Positions 1 to 8,570 of a stretch of 32,385 bases of DNA are shown in pieces (the stretch's first letter is position 1; each line of letters opens with the position of its first letter). The position numbers and the translations under genes were made by a program. The notes under the pieces were generated by a model. That model searched no databases. It saw only the letters and a program-made list of their open reading frames with translations, and had not been told where the DNA came from. Origin of the DNA: an uncultured archaeon (lineage in GTDB: Archaea; Asgardarchaeota; Thorarchaeia; Thorarchaeales; Thorarchaeaceae); NCBI GenBank assembly GCA_964473825.1, contig CAYYQL010000031.1, positions 1-32,385 of the forward strand, written 5' to 3'.

Positions 1-1086
1 CCAATAGTCGTCGTCCACCTCTCGATACTCGGGTACCTTCTGTTTGCATATGTCGATACAGTAGTCACATCTCTCATGGAAGACGCAGCCAGACGGCGGG
101 TCAGCCAAGTCCGGCGGTTCACCCGGGATTCCACGGAGCACAAGCCCCTTCTCCCTGATTCGACGCATGATCTCCATGGTCGGATTGCTCATGATGAAGG
201 CCCGAGTGAATGGATGCCCTGGATGCTTCAGCACACGTTCTGCATCACCGAACTCCACGATACGACCACCTGTCATCACGGCAACTCTATCTGACATCTC
301 GGCAATGACGCCCTGGTCGTTGCTGATGAGCAGGATGCCGATGTCGAGGTTCTTCTTCACCAAGTCGATAGCCTCGAGGATACGACGCTGCACACCGACA
401 TCAACCGCTGTAGTTGGCTCATCCATGATTAAGAGATCTGGATTCGTGATGAGTGCCATAGCGATGAGGATGCGCTGATCTTCACCAACACTGAACTCGC
501 TCGGTTTCTGTTTCTTGCGTGTGTCAACCTCGGGGAGCTCCACGAGGTCAAGAACCTCAAGGACACGTCGCAGTATGTACCGCTCCGGGAGCAGATTATC
601 TTCGTCATGGACAATCAGGGTCTCGGCGGTCTGGATATCGATTGGCGTGTATGGGTTCATCGCCTGTCTGGTGCCTTGAGGAATGTAGGTGATCTCGTAT
701 CCCCTGATCTTCCTGTATTCCTTTTCATCCATTCCAATGAGGTTCTCCCCCTTGAACCAAATATGCCCCTCAACACCAGGGAGCGTTTCGCCCATATCTT
801 TGGATGTCAGACCTTTCTTTCTTGCGTCATCTCTTAGCTCCCAGAGTTCTTTGTGTCTCTTGTCAGAGGCAAGCGAGGCATAGTATCGGGAGACCTGGTC
901 GAATATTCCAAGAATCGAAAGGGCCACTGAGGTCTTGCCTGCTCCAGATTCGCCAAAGAGTCCGACCGTTTCTCCCTTTCGAATGTAGAATGACACATCC
1001 TCTACAGCTCTGACAATACCCCTCTTGGATGTGTAATATGCACGGAGGTTTTCGACCTTGAGAATGATGTTCTCTTGCTCTGGCAT
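1..1086 (-). CDS. Oligopeptide/dipeptide ABC transporter ATP-binding subunit (OppD/DppD family), 3' end runs off the window
   Basis: Absent from the ORF track because no stop falls in the window. Read manually from ATG at 1086: MPEQENIILKVENLRAYYTSKRGIVRAVEDVSF. Walker A GESGAGKT (931-954), Q-loop YIPQG, Walker B LLIMDEPTT, HPGHPFT, and C-terminal PSGCVFHERCDYCIDIC Cys cluster typical of OppD/DppD. Confidence 0.93.
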   Translation of the reverse strand, partial: MPEQENIILKVENLRAYYTSKRGIVRAVEDVSFYIRKGETVGLFGESGAGKTSVALSILGIFDQVSRYYASLASDKRHKELWELRDDARKKGLTSKDMGETLPGVEGHIWFKGENLIGMDEKEYRKIRGYEITYIPQGTRQAMNPYTPIDIQTAETLIVHDEDNLLPERYILRRVLEVLDLVELPEVDTRKKQKPSEFSVGEDQRILIAMALITNPDLLIMDEPTTAVDVGVQRRILEAIDLVKKNLDIGILLISNDQGVIAEMSDRVAVMTGGRIVEFGDAERVLKHPGHPFTRAFIMSNPTMEIMRRIREKGLVLRGIPGEPPDLADPPSGCVFHERCDYCIDICKQKVPEYREVDDDYW

Positions 1087-1286
1087 AGCTTAATCGTTGC
1101 CGTAGAGCCAATTATATCCTGTGACGAACGCATTATCCATCTCATGTGTTCGAACGGTCTTAAGCTTGTTATGAAAATCATCAAGTGCCACACCTGTGCT
1201 CGAGGTTTCGAAAGCTTTGGTGAAACAGCCTCTATGACCAATAGGATTAATATCTAGTCAATTGTGCCCGTGCTAGAGAGCTAACG

Positions 1287-2498
1287 ATGTCAGCCGGACA
1301 GCGTTCTGTGTATGCAGTATATCTCACCTATGCGCTGCAATCCATGGGACAGGCAATTTCGTGGCAGTTCGTCACATTCTTTGTGAAGCACGAACTGGGG
1401 GTATCATCCTTTCTCCTGCTTACACTGGTCTGGGCTGCTCCTGCCTTGGTTACCATGGCTGCCGTCAACATCTGGGGCTCTCTGTCCGACAACATGGGCC
1501 GTCGAAAGCCTTTCATGATCATGGGTTTCCTTGGTTATGCGGCGACCTTTGCCCTGTACTCCTTTGTCACAAATGTGGTCCAATACTTCATCATTGCCCT
1601 AGTCGGTGCTGCCTTTTCCGCCGCGGCACTTCCTGTGGGACAAGCGTATCTGACAATAGGCATCAAAAACAAAGGTGAGCGTCTTGGATTCTTCTTGGTT
1701 GCCCAATCCGCAGGCTGGTTCTTTGGTGCAATAATGAGTGGTCTGTTGTACGACATCATCGGTATGTTCGTCCTCTACAGGTTTTCAGCGACTCTGTGCA
1801 TTGTTGCAACGATTGGCTGTTTGCTGTACGTCAAAGACCTGGAGGTCGTGCCTCAACGCAAAGAGGACCGCATAGGCATGAAACAACTTCTTTCCACACC
1901 CGGGATGGTGCGGTTGGTTTTGGCCGCTGCTTTCAGCGCAATCGGAATCAACTCTATATCGTATGTGATGGCGATATTGATAGTCGACGAACTCGGAGGA
2001 ATGACAGCGTATGTTGGGCTTGCAAACTCAACTGCGACTGCCCTTGCTGTTATTGTCACCGGCTATATTGGAAAATTGGTTGACAGGAAAGGGCCAGTTA
2101 GAGTCATGGTCATCGCATATCTATCTTACTCGCTGTTCGCTATGGGATTTGCATTGGCTCAAGATCCACTTGTGGCCACCATTCTGTACGCGCTTCCCAT
2201 CTATCCGTTGGCCAGCACTGCCGCCTATGGCCTTGCCGCCCTGCTTTCAACTGACAGACAACGGGGTCGTGCGATGGGGTTGGTCAATGGCGCCCAGAAT
2301 GCAGGTGCTGCTCTTGGGCCGGTTATCGGTGGGTTGTCTGCCGAGTTCGTCTTTGGGCGAGCTCAGCCAATCTCATGGATTAACATGGTCTTCAATATGC
2401 TCGCTCTCATTCTAGCGGTTAGCCTTCTTCGATTGGGTGCAGAGCTGCACGCCCGTAAGGATGAAGACCTCTCTACCGTCACAGAGCTGTTGCCGTGA
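1287..2498 (+). CDS. Major facilitator superfamily transporter
   Basis: About 12 hydrophobic segments; motif A GSLSDNMGRRK and second-half repeat GKLVDRKGP; RGRAMG...GAALGPVIGG. Confidence 0.92.
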   Translation: MSAGQRSVYAVYLTYALQSMGQAISWQFVTFFVKHELGVSSFLLLTLVWAAPALVTMAAVNIWGSLSDNMGRRKPFMIMGFLGYAATFALYSFVTNVVQYFIIALVGAAFSAAALPVGQAYLTIGIKNKGERLGFFLVAQSAGWFFGAIMSGLLYDIIGMFVLYRFSATLCIVATIGCLLYVKDLEVVPQRKEDRIGMKQLLSTPGMVRLVLAAAFSAIGINSISYVMAILIVDELGGMTAYVGLANSTATALAVIVTGYIGKLVDRKGPVRVMVIAYLSYSLFAMGFALAQDPLVATILYALPIYPLASTAAYGLAALLSTDRQRGRAMGLVNGAQNAGAALGPVIGGLSAEFVFGRAQPISWINMVFNMLALILAVSLLRLGAELHARKDEDLSTVTELLP

Positions 2499-2501
2499 CT
2501 T

Positions 2502-3695
2502 CTATTCTTCTTCTATCGGTATCTCTTCCCCGTTGATGAAGACCTTCTCAGGTTTGCTATAGAAGGTGAAGGGATCCCCTGACCAGATGACAACATCCGC
2601 GTCCTTGCCTGGTTCTAACGATCCAACCCTGTTCTCGAGGCCCAACATCTCAGCTGGATTCACCGTTACAGCCTTGAAGGCCTCCGCTCTCGGCATTCCA
2701 AACTTGATTGCGTACATGGGCAGCAATTGGAAATGAATCATGGGGGTCAGTGAGTCGGTCTGAAGTGCTACTTTCACACCGGCCTCATGCAAGATAACTG
2801 CGGTCTTGAACGACCTCTCTCTGGTCTCAGGCTTCGAGACCCAATACATCGTGGGTCCAACAACTGCCGGTACGCCTGCCTCTGCAATGAAGTCTGCAAT
2901 CTTGTGCCCCTCAGTGCAATGGATAATCACAACTCTGAGATTGAACTCCTTAGCAATACGAATCACAGTAGCTATATCATCGGCCCTGTGGGCATGAGCA
3001 TGTATTGGTATCTCGCGCTTTAGGACTTTCGCAATGGTCTCAAACCCGAGGTCCTTCTCTGGCGGTTTCGGAGGAACCTCTCCCTTCTGCTTGGCCTCCT
3101 TGACCTTCTTTCCAAATGTGGTCCATTCATTCAGGTAGTTCTGAGCCTTTGTGAGGGTTTTCCTAAGCGTTGCGGCTACCCCCATCCTTGTTGATGGTGT
3201 CTTCTTCTGTTCACCGTAGACACGCTTTGGATTCTCCCCAAAGGCAACCTTCAGACCCGATGGTGAGAGAACCACCATCTCGTCCACGACTGATGCTCCG
3301 GTTGGCTTGATCACAAAGGCCTCTCCCGAGATCACATTTGCGGAACCAGGCCCGGTATTGAGGCAGGTCACGCCTCCCCTGACGACTTCCTTGAGAGAGG
3401 GTTCGAAGGGATAGAAACTGTCTATGCCTCTCATCTCTGGCGTGACAGGCTCTGTGGCCTCATTGCCGTCCATTCCAGCCCAACCAATTGAGCCATCGAA
3501 GAGCCCTTGGTGAGTATGGGCGTCAACAAATCCGGGTACAACATACTTGTCAGATGCATCAATGACTTCTGCACCTTCAGGAATCTCTACCTCTTTTCCT
3601 ATGGCAGTGATCTTCCCTTTGTCGATAAGGACTATTCCATCTTCTATCTCTCCGTTCACAGGACAGAGGATTGTGCCACCCTTGATTGCTATCAT
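2502..3695 (-). CDS. Metal-dependent amidohydrolase (imidazolonepropionase-like superfamily), substrate unknown
   Basis: PGFVDAHTH metal motif, HAHRADDI, HCTEG, TD, GSLEPGKDADVVIW. Confidence 0.9.
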   Translation of the reverse strand: MIAIKGGTILCPVNGEIEDGIVLIDKGKITAIGKEVEIPEGAEVIDASDKYVVPGFVDAHTHQGLFDGSIGWAGMDGNEATEPVTPEMRGIDSFYPFEPSLKEVVRGGVTCLNTGPGSANVISGEAFVIKPTGASVVDEMVVLSPSGLKVAFGENPKRVYGEQKKTPSTRMGVAATLRKTLTKAQNYLNEWTTFGKKVKEAKQKGEVPPKPPEKDLGFETIAKVLKREIPIHAHAHRADDIATVIRIAKEFNLRVVIIHCTEGHKIADFIAEAGVPAVVGPTMYWVSKPETRERSFKTAVILHEAGVKVALQTDSLTPMIHFQLLPMYAIKFGMPRAEAFKAVTVNPAEMLGLENRVGSLEPGKDADVVIWSGDPFTFYSKPEKVFINGEEIPIEEE

Positions 3696-3821
3696 TTATG
3701 ATTCTCCTGTTCAGAACTGATGTTCTCTCTGTCAAAAGTGTTAGTGTTTGTGTGAAGAGTCGTCCCTCACCTGGTGAATACTTGGTTGATTGCTTAAAAT
3801 ACCGATATACTCGGGCGACTA

Positions 3822-4274
3822 TCAGCGAACTCCATTCCTATACTGCATCACACTCTCTATGAACTCGGTGGTTTCTATACTCTTGTGCAGTCCAAAGTCT
3901 GGGAGGTGGAAAGAGAGTGTTGAGTCTTCTGTTCTTAAGACCAGCATATCATTGTATCCCCCCGTAAAGGCCGGGTGTTTGGCTGCCTCCAGCTCGACGA
4001 TCTCATCCCATCCAAAGAATCGTTTCCACCCAAAGATGTTATAGAGCACTCCCTCTTCATCTATCTGCAAAAACCACCGATGAAGCACCTTTGACGGTAT
4101 CCACATGTCAATCAGTCCAAATATGATGATGAGTGGGAGTATCACGATAGCGAACGGTTCGAGCAACGGGTCAGAACTAAGCCAGAATGAAAAAAGCAGA
4201 ATTATGACTAGGAACGGTGCACAGGTGAGTCCGTTGAACAACGCGTTGGTCTCGCTTCTCTGGCGATACGCCAT
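3822..4274 (-). CDS. Hypothetical membrane protein (2 TM plus possible bacterial PH-like domain)
   Basis: Two N-terminal hydrophobic helices, then a LQIDEEGVLY...FGWDEIVEL pattern resembling bPH domains. Confidence 0.6.
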   Translation of the reverse strand: MAYRQRSETNALFNGLTCAPFLVIILLFSFWLSSDPLLEPFAIVILPLIIIFGLIDMWIPSKVLHRWFLQIDEEGVLYNIFGWKRFFGWDEIVELEAAKHPAFTGGYNDMLVLRTEDSTLSFHLPDFGLHKSIETTEFIESVMQYRNGVR

Positions 4275-4394
4275 GTCTTGATATACTCATTACTCTGAAA
4301 TAAGTTTATCGAGTCATCCGTTTGAGCAAAAACCAACCGTTAGAAATAGGTTTAGAGCCCTGCACTCTCGTTCTGTTCTGGAGATGGTGAGCCG

Positions 4395-4429
4395 CGGGGA
4401 GAAAGACAGCAAAGTGTCTCTCCGCCCCG
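4395..4429 (-). other. 3'-UTR stem-loop downstream of gap
   Basis: Minus-strand CGGGGCGGAGAGACA-CTTTGC-TGTCTTTCTCCCCG gives 14 bp including two G-U pairs and one bulged C; starts 24 nt after the gap stop; no U-tract follows. Confidence 0.6.
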
Positions 4430-4453
4430 ATACGACCTGTGTTCTTTCTTAAG

Positions 4454-5458
4454 CTAGAGCTGTTTCGCAACAATAGCTGCTAGGTCGGCCAGCCTGTGAG
4501 CATATCCTGCCTCGTTATCGTACCATCCTAGCAACTTCACCATGTTACCCTTCACGTTTGTTGACAGAGCATCAAAAGTGCATGAGTGAGGGTCTCCTAT
4601 GAAGTCTGACGAAACCAGTGGTTCCTCGGAATAGCGAAGATACGGTGCCAGTGGTCCTTTCTCGGCTGCCTTCTTGAACGCTTCATTGACCGATTCAACA
4701 GACGGTTGCTTCTTCACGAAGACTGTCAGGTCAACTATAGAACCGTCCATCACTGGAACACGCATGGCCATGCCATCAAGCTTCCCATCTGCTTTAGGAT
4801 AGACGAGTCCAATTGCCTTTGCTGCGCCCGTTGTCGTCGGGATGATATTCCAGCATGCAGCTCGTGCTCTTCTGAGATCCTTGTGGGGCCCATCAAGCAT
4901 AACCTGGTCATTTGTGACTGCATGGATTGTTGTCATCAGCCCGCTTTCTATTCCAAATGCTTGGTCAACTACCTTCACTAACGGAGCCAAGCAGTTTGTG
5001 GTACAAGATGCGTTCGATATGATATGATGCTTGCTGCTATCATATTCTTCGTCATTCACACCGAGAACAACTGTAAACATCTCGCCCTTACCTGGGGCAC
5101 TCAAAAGAACCTTCTTCGCCCCTGCATCAAGGTGCTTCTTGGCGTCCTCTAATTTCCTGAAGAATCCAGTTGACTCAACCACAATGTCGATATTCAGTTC
5201 TTTCCAGGGAAGATTTGCCGGATCTCTTTCTGACAGAACCTTGAACTTCTTTCCGTTGACGATGATGTTCCCCTTCTCATGGGATACTTCTCCTTCAAAG
5301 GGTCCCATGACGGTGTCATACTTGAAGAGATGCGCTAGAGTCTTTTCGTCTGTGAGGTCGTTCAAAGATACAACTTCGAACTCCTTCATATCGAATGCGG
5401 CACGGAGAAAGCCCCGGCCGATTCGTCCAAATCCGTTGATAGCCACACGTACAGTCAT
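4454..5458 (-). CDS. gap: Glyceraldehyde-3-phosphate dehydrogenase, class I (bacterial/eukaryotic type)
   Basis: INGFGRIGR, catalytic SNASCTTNCLAP, RRARAA, TTGAAKA, WYDNE; SD-like AGGTGTGA upstream. Confidence 0.98.
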   Translation of the reverse strand: MTVRVAINGFGRIGRGFLRAAFDMKEFEVVSLNDLTDEKTLAHLFKYDTVMGPFEGEVSHEKGNIIVNGKKFKVLSERDPANLPWKELNIDIVVESTGFFRKLEDAKKHLDAGAKKVLLSAPGKGEMFTVVLGVNDEEYDSSKHHIISNASCTTNCLAPLVKVVDQAFGIESGLMTTIHAVTNDQVMLDGPHKDLRRARAACWNIIPTTTGAAKAIGLVYPKADGKLDGMAMRVPVMDGSIVDLTVFVKKQPSVESVNEAFKKAAEKGPLAPYLRYSEEPLVSSDFIGDPHSCTFDALSTNVKGNMVKLLGWYDNEAGYAHRLADLAAIVAKQL

Positions 5459-5626
5459 TGATTGTCACACCTGTTTTGGTTGTGATAGCTACATTTTTGC
5501 TTTGCTATAATTCTTGTGCAATACATCGTCTTGTGATATCACCTTCTATCTGCAGCCAATGGGTGTTCGATTTCAGAATCGGTGCCTATTTCAGGTAGTG
5601 CAGTAATGGGCTTGTGATGAAGAGTC

Positions 5627-6970
5627 ATGACCGAAGATGTTCTTACCTTCATAGACGCTCATCTTGATTCCTCCTTGCGCGATCTCAGCCGTTTGATCAA
5701 GCTGCCCTCGGTGGCTGCAAAAGGGGAACACATGGAATCGACTGCTCAGATTGTTGCGGAGATGCTCCGTGAGGCAGGTCTCGAAACTGAGATACACGAA
5801 ACGTCGGGCTGTCCTGTTGTGACTGGAGAAATAGATGTGGGCGCGGAACGGACGCTGCTCTGTTACGACCACTACGACGTTCAGCCGGCAGAGCCTTTTG
5901 ATTTGTGGGAGTCGCCTCCCTTCGAGATGTCTATCCGGGATGACCGCATCTATGGCCGAGGAGTCGCTGATAACAAGGGTGACCTAGTGACTCGGATTTG
6001 GGCAATCAAGGCATTCCAGGAAACTGACACAGAGATTCCTGTCAACATCAAGTTCGTCGTTGAGGGCGAGGAGGAGGTCAGCAGTCCCCATCTGCATGAG
6101 TTCGTGGAGGGTAATCGGGAATGGCTGAAGGCCGACGGCGGAATCTGGGAGTTCGGTGGTTCGGGCATCGATGGACGACAGGAGGCCTGGTTGGGTCTCA
6201 AAGGTATTCTCTACGTTCAGCTCGAGGTCGAGGCTCTTTCACACGATGCACACTCATCCTTGGGATGCGTTCTTCCATCAGCAGCATATCGGCTCGTCTG
6301 GGCATTGTCCTCTCTAAAGGGAGCAGATGAACACATCATGATTGACGGATTCTATGATGACATCAAGCCTCTGACCGATGCAGAGCAACAGGCTCTTTCT
6401 CTGATTGAGATGCGGGAAGAGGATGTCAAGAAGCACTATGGGATAGACTCCTTCATTTTGAATTTGGAGGGGGACGCACTCAAGGAGGTATACTACAATG
6501 GACCAACCTGCAACATCTGCGGGGTTGACACCGGCTACCAAGGTGAGGGCTCGAAGACTGTACTACCTGCCAAGGCCACCGCCAAGCTCGACTTCAGACT
6601 CGTTGAGGGAATGAAGCCTGATGTCGTTCTGAAGGGTCTGAGGGCTCATCTCGATAATCTTGACTTTAGCGATGTCAAGATAGCATGGCATGATGGCTAT
6701 CCAGCTGCCAAGACTCCAGTTGATCATCCGTTTGTGGAGGTTGTTTCTCGGGCGAATGAGGCTGTCTATGGGCACAAGCTCGTAATCCAACCAACAAGTC
6801 CAGGTTCAGGTCCTCTCTATCTCTTTGACGGGCTGGTCCCTATGGTATCAATTGGCTGTGGCGATTTCGAGTCCAGAGCCCATTCTCCAAATGAAACCAT
6901 TCTTGTTGATAATTTCGCCAATGCAACCAAACGGATGGCTGTACTCATCAGCATGATGGCCGACTACTAG
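5627..6970 (+). CDS. M20 family metallopeptidase (ArgE/DapE-like dipeptidase)
   Basis: HYDVQP, GRGVADNKG, EGEEE, HDAHS, AHSPNE metal ligands. Confidence 0.93.
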   Translation: MTEDVLTFIDAHLDSSLRDLSRLIKLPSVAAKGEHMESTAQIVAEMLREAGLETEIHETSGCPVVTGEIDVGAERTLLCYDHYDVQPAEPFDLWESPPFEMSIRDDRIYGRGVADNKGDLVTRIWAIKAFQETDTEIPVNIKFVVEGEEEVSSPHLHEFVEGNREWLKADGGIWEFGGSGIDGRQEAWLGLKGILYVQLEVEALSHDAHSSLGCVLPSAAYRLVWALSSLKGADEHIMIDGFYDDIKPLTDAEQQALSLIEMREEDVKKHYGIDSFILNLEGDALKEVYYNGPTCNICGVDTGYQGEGSKTVLPAKATAKLDFRLVEGMKPDVVLKGLRAHLDNLDFSDVKIAWHDGYPAAKTPVDHPFVEVVSRANEAVYGHKLVIQPTSPGSGPLYLFDGLVPMVSIGCGDFESRAHSPNETILVDNFANATKRMAVLISMMADY

Positions 6971-6974
6971 AAGA

Positions 6975-8558
6975 TCAGGGGAGAGGTGGTCTGATTTCGA
7001 TCTCCTTCTCCCACTCCACAGAGTAGGTGTATTCGATTCTGATTTCCTCATCTGGCTTGATATCGAGTTCCCACTCGATAACGCCGAGTTCCATAGTCTT
7101 GTACTCATGAGTGACATCTTCCAGTTCCACGGAGATTTTCTCCGAGTCACTGTGTGGAATCCTGTCGATGACACGCATTGTGACATCTCTTTTGGCGAAA
7201 CTCTGTATCTCCATCCCATACTTGTATTCACGGCGCTTCTTTCCTCTTGTGAGGCCTGCCTTCTCCGTTTCTTTCTGGAGCATCTTCTTCTCAGCTTTCA
7301 TATCGTATGCGTCTCTTGCGCCTAGATAGAACTCCTCCCTCGGGGCTATTGTCGTCGTGGCGGTCTCGCTCAGGAAGTTCCCGTTGGAATAGACCTTCAC
7401 TTTTCCTGGAAGGATTAACGAGTCGCCGTTGGTGATTCGATTCTGAGCAATGAAAGAGTCCATTGCATAAGCATTCCAGTAGTAGACCTCTTGGCTGTCG
7501 AACTCCTCTTGAAGCAGTGTTATCGGATGTTGGTCCGTGTCTGCCGGTATTGTCACAGCACCTTGAACATCGAATACCATGCCTCCACCCGCAGTTTCTG
7601 CAGCCCGTGCTGTGGCAGTAGTCATCTCTTCAAGACGACCGATCATCTCGTCGAAAGCTGTTCCGTCAGCTGCCCCTCCAGAAGGAAGTCTCAGGTCGCC
7701 GAGATCGCGCTCTACCCTTCTTCTCTCCTCATATACCCTCTGTGGATGTGTAGTACTGATGTAATATGGACTCGGTTTGACTTTAGTGACTGGCTTGGCC
7801 GAGGCTGTCGACACTGTGAATTCTACATCTTCCCAATCCTCTGAGCTATAGTTCCAAACTATTGCCATCCTTTTCATTACACTCTTATCGTCCATCAGAT
7901 CAATGTCATATTGAGGGAGCCATCGAGCTTGTCCTATCTGATAAGTCACCTCTAGAGCGATCTCGCACTCCTCCTTCACATCCAGGTCTACAGTGATCTC
8001 TTTCGTAGATTCAACTCTTCGCTCGCCCTCGATTCTCGATAGTGATGCTCTGACTTCCGCAATCTTGGCGTCCACCACCTCTAGATTCGTTCTTAGTTCG
8101 CGTATCTTCGTCTGTGCTTCAATTATCATGGCTGTGGTCTTCTCGTCCAATGCCGACATTGCACCAATCTCACTGTCTCCGAAAGCATAACGATTTCCAA
8201 ACTCTGCAGAGAAGCTATCCACGACCATTCGTAGGCGCTCGACTTTACGCTCCTGGATAGAGATCTGCTCGCTGAAATCTAATCTCTCATCTTGGAGATT
8301 CTCAAGCTTCTTTCTCAGCTTCTCCAGATCCCCCTCGGCCTCGAAGATTTCCTTCTTTGTCCTGATGTCTATCCCTCTTATGCTTGCTTTGCCCCTACCT
8401 TTTACACGAAAGCTGTCTTCTTGAGCATGACGTGTGATACCGCTCAGTAGGATATGCTGCTCTCCAGACGCCACCTTTGCAGTACCCTTTCTTGTAATTC
8501 TGGCTCCGTCGACGAAGACTGTTACTCTTTGAATCGGTGCATCAATATCTGTACTCAT
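6975..8558 (-). CDS. DUF4140-DUF4139 (MuiA-like) protein, paralog B
   Basis: N-terminal IQRVTVFVDGARITR, SFRVKG, long coiled coil, ARWLPQYDI, NYSSEDWEDV, VIDRIPHS, IEWEL..PDEE. Confidence 0.88.
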   Translation of the reverse strand: MSTDIDAPIQRVTVFVDGARITRKGTAKVASGEQHILLSGITRHAQEDSFRVKGRGKASIRGIDIRTKKEIFEAEGDLEKLRKKLENLQDERLDFSEQISIQERKVERLRMVVDSFSAEFGNRYAFGDSEIGAMSALDEKTTAMIIEAQTKIRELRTNLEVVDAKIAEVRASLSRIEGERRVESTKEITVDLDVKEECEIALEVTYQIGQARWLPQYDIDLMDDKSVMKRMAIVWNYSSEDWEDVEFTVSTASAKPVTKVKPSPYYISTTHPQRVYEERRRVERDLGDLRLPSGGAADGTAFDEMIGRLEEMTTATARAAETAGGGMVFDVQGAVTIPADTDQHPITLLQEEFDSQEVYYWNAYAMDSFIAQNRITNGDSLILPGKVKVYSNGNFLSETATTTIAPREEFYLGARDAYDMKAEKKMLQKETEKAGLTRGKKRREYKYGMEIQSFAKRDVTMRVIDRIPHSDSEKISVELEDVTHEYKTMELGVIEWELDIKPDEEIRIEYTYSVEWEKEIEIRPPLP

Positions 8559-8570
8559 CTATTTCACATC

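Noticed and set aside
76-1257. Many short ORFs suggesting a fragmented pseudogene region
   Set aside because: They are shadows of one intact minus-strand ABC ATPase frame (1086 to <1) that the track missed because its stop lies outside the window.
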